Assembly: GCA_028278025.1 (NCBI GenBank)
Contig: JANQFE010000045.1
Coordinates: 658 to 64,657, forward strand
Direction of reading: 5' to 3'
Length of the DNA stretch: 64,000 nucleotides
Origin: Thermodesulfobacteriota bacterium
GTDB taxonomy: Bacteria; Desulfobacterota; WTBG01; CAIYCZ01; CAIRTM01
Shown here piece by piece: positions 63,651 through 64,000 of the stretch. The notes under the pieces were generated by a model. The model made no database searches and was not told the origin of the DNA. It saw only the letters and a list, made by a program, of their open reading frames with translations. The position numbers and the translations under genes are program-made. Numbering within the stretch: the first letter of the stretch is position 1; each line of letters starts with the position of its first letter.

Positions 63651-64000
63651 TATACGGGTGCTGGCCTTTTTTAGCCTGGCAGGATATATATATAACTTAT
63701 ATTTATATAATTGCTCATTAAACGGGTTGACAAATCAGGAAATTTTTATAGGCCTGGCTGTTTACCGCTGTTCCGGGGTTGTGTTTTTTACTCATAATGG
63801 AATAAACAAACAGAGCATACTTTCAAACAAGAATAGATAATTGTAATAACAAATACCGATAGTATCTATTTGATGCAGCAGATGCTGTTAACGTAATTAG
63901 TTTCTCCGAGTGGGCTGTTTTGATTCAAATCGTTTTTTTGATGCCACGACACCGCGCGGCACTTATAAAACGTGATTGCATAACGCACGGGGGAGTTTAC

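Overview
Bacterial window, probably from an anaerobic deltaproteobacterium (Desulfobacterota-like). This host call is an inference from the Res-type cytochrome c maturation genes, sigma54 regulation and multiheme content. From left to right: (1) 0.3-6.7 kb is an AT-rich, integrase-less integron-like cassette array on the minus strand, with attC-like hairpins, defence-like ORFs (HEPN-type, DUF2971) and a repeated ORF-less element carrying TGGCACG 48-50 nt from each cassette junction. (2) folK-folE-pabA-pabB. (3) An ECF sigma/anti-sigma/Spy-like stress module. (4) A type I-D CRISPR-Cas locus (cas3', an inserted AAA-ATPase/wHTH/nuclease-like gene, cas10d with an internal cas11d start, cas7, cas5, cas6, accessory genes, cas1-cas2-cas4) and an 8-repeat array. 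(5) tatA, ccsA and resB. (6) A ~31 kb multiheme cytochrome island with about 127 canonical CxxCH motifs by manual count. The island consists of two complete paralogous modules (cytochrome b quinol-oxidoreductase pair, 16/20-heme and 15-heme cytochromes, a decaheme, a CxxCH-containing porin, NHL and FGE-domain proteins). They flank a central pair of genes: a multiheme lipoprotein split in the ORF track by an in-frame TGA followed by a SECIS-like hairpin (probable selenocysteine, GEG-U-GG), and a double-rhodanese lipoprotein. The best candidate for an undescribed system is this seleno-multiheme/rhodanese core wired to duplicated trans-envelope electron conduits.
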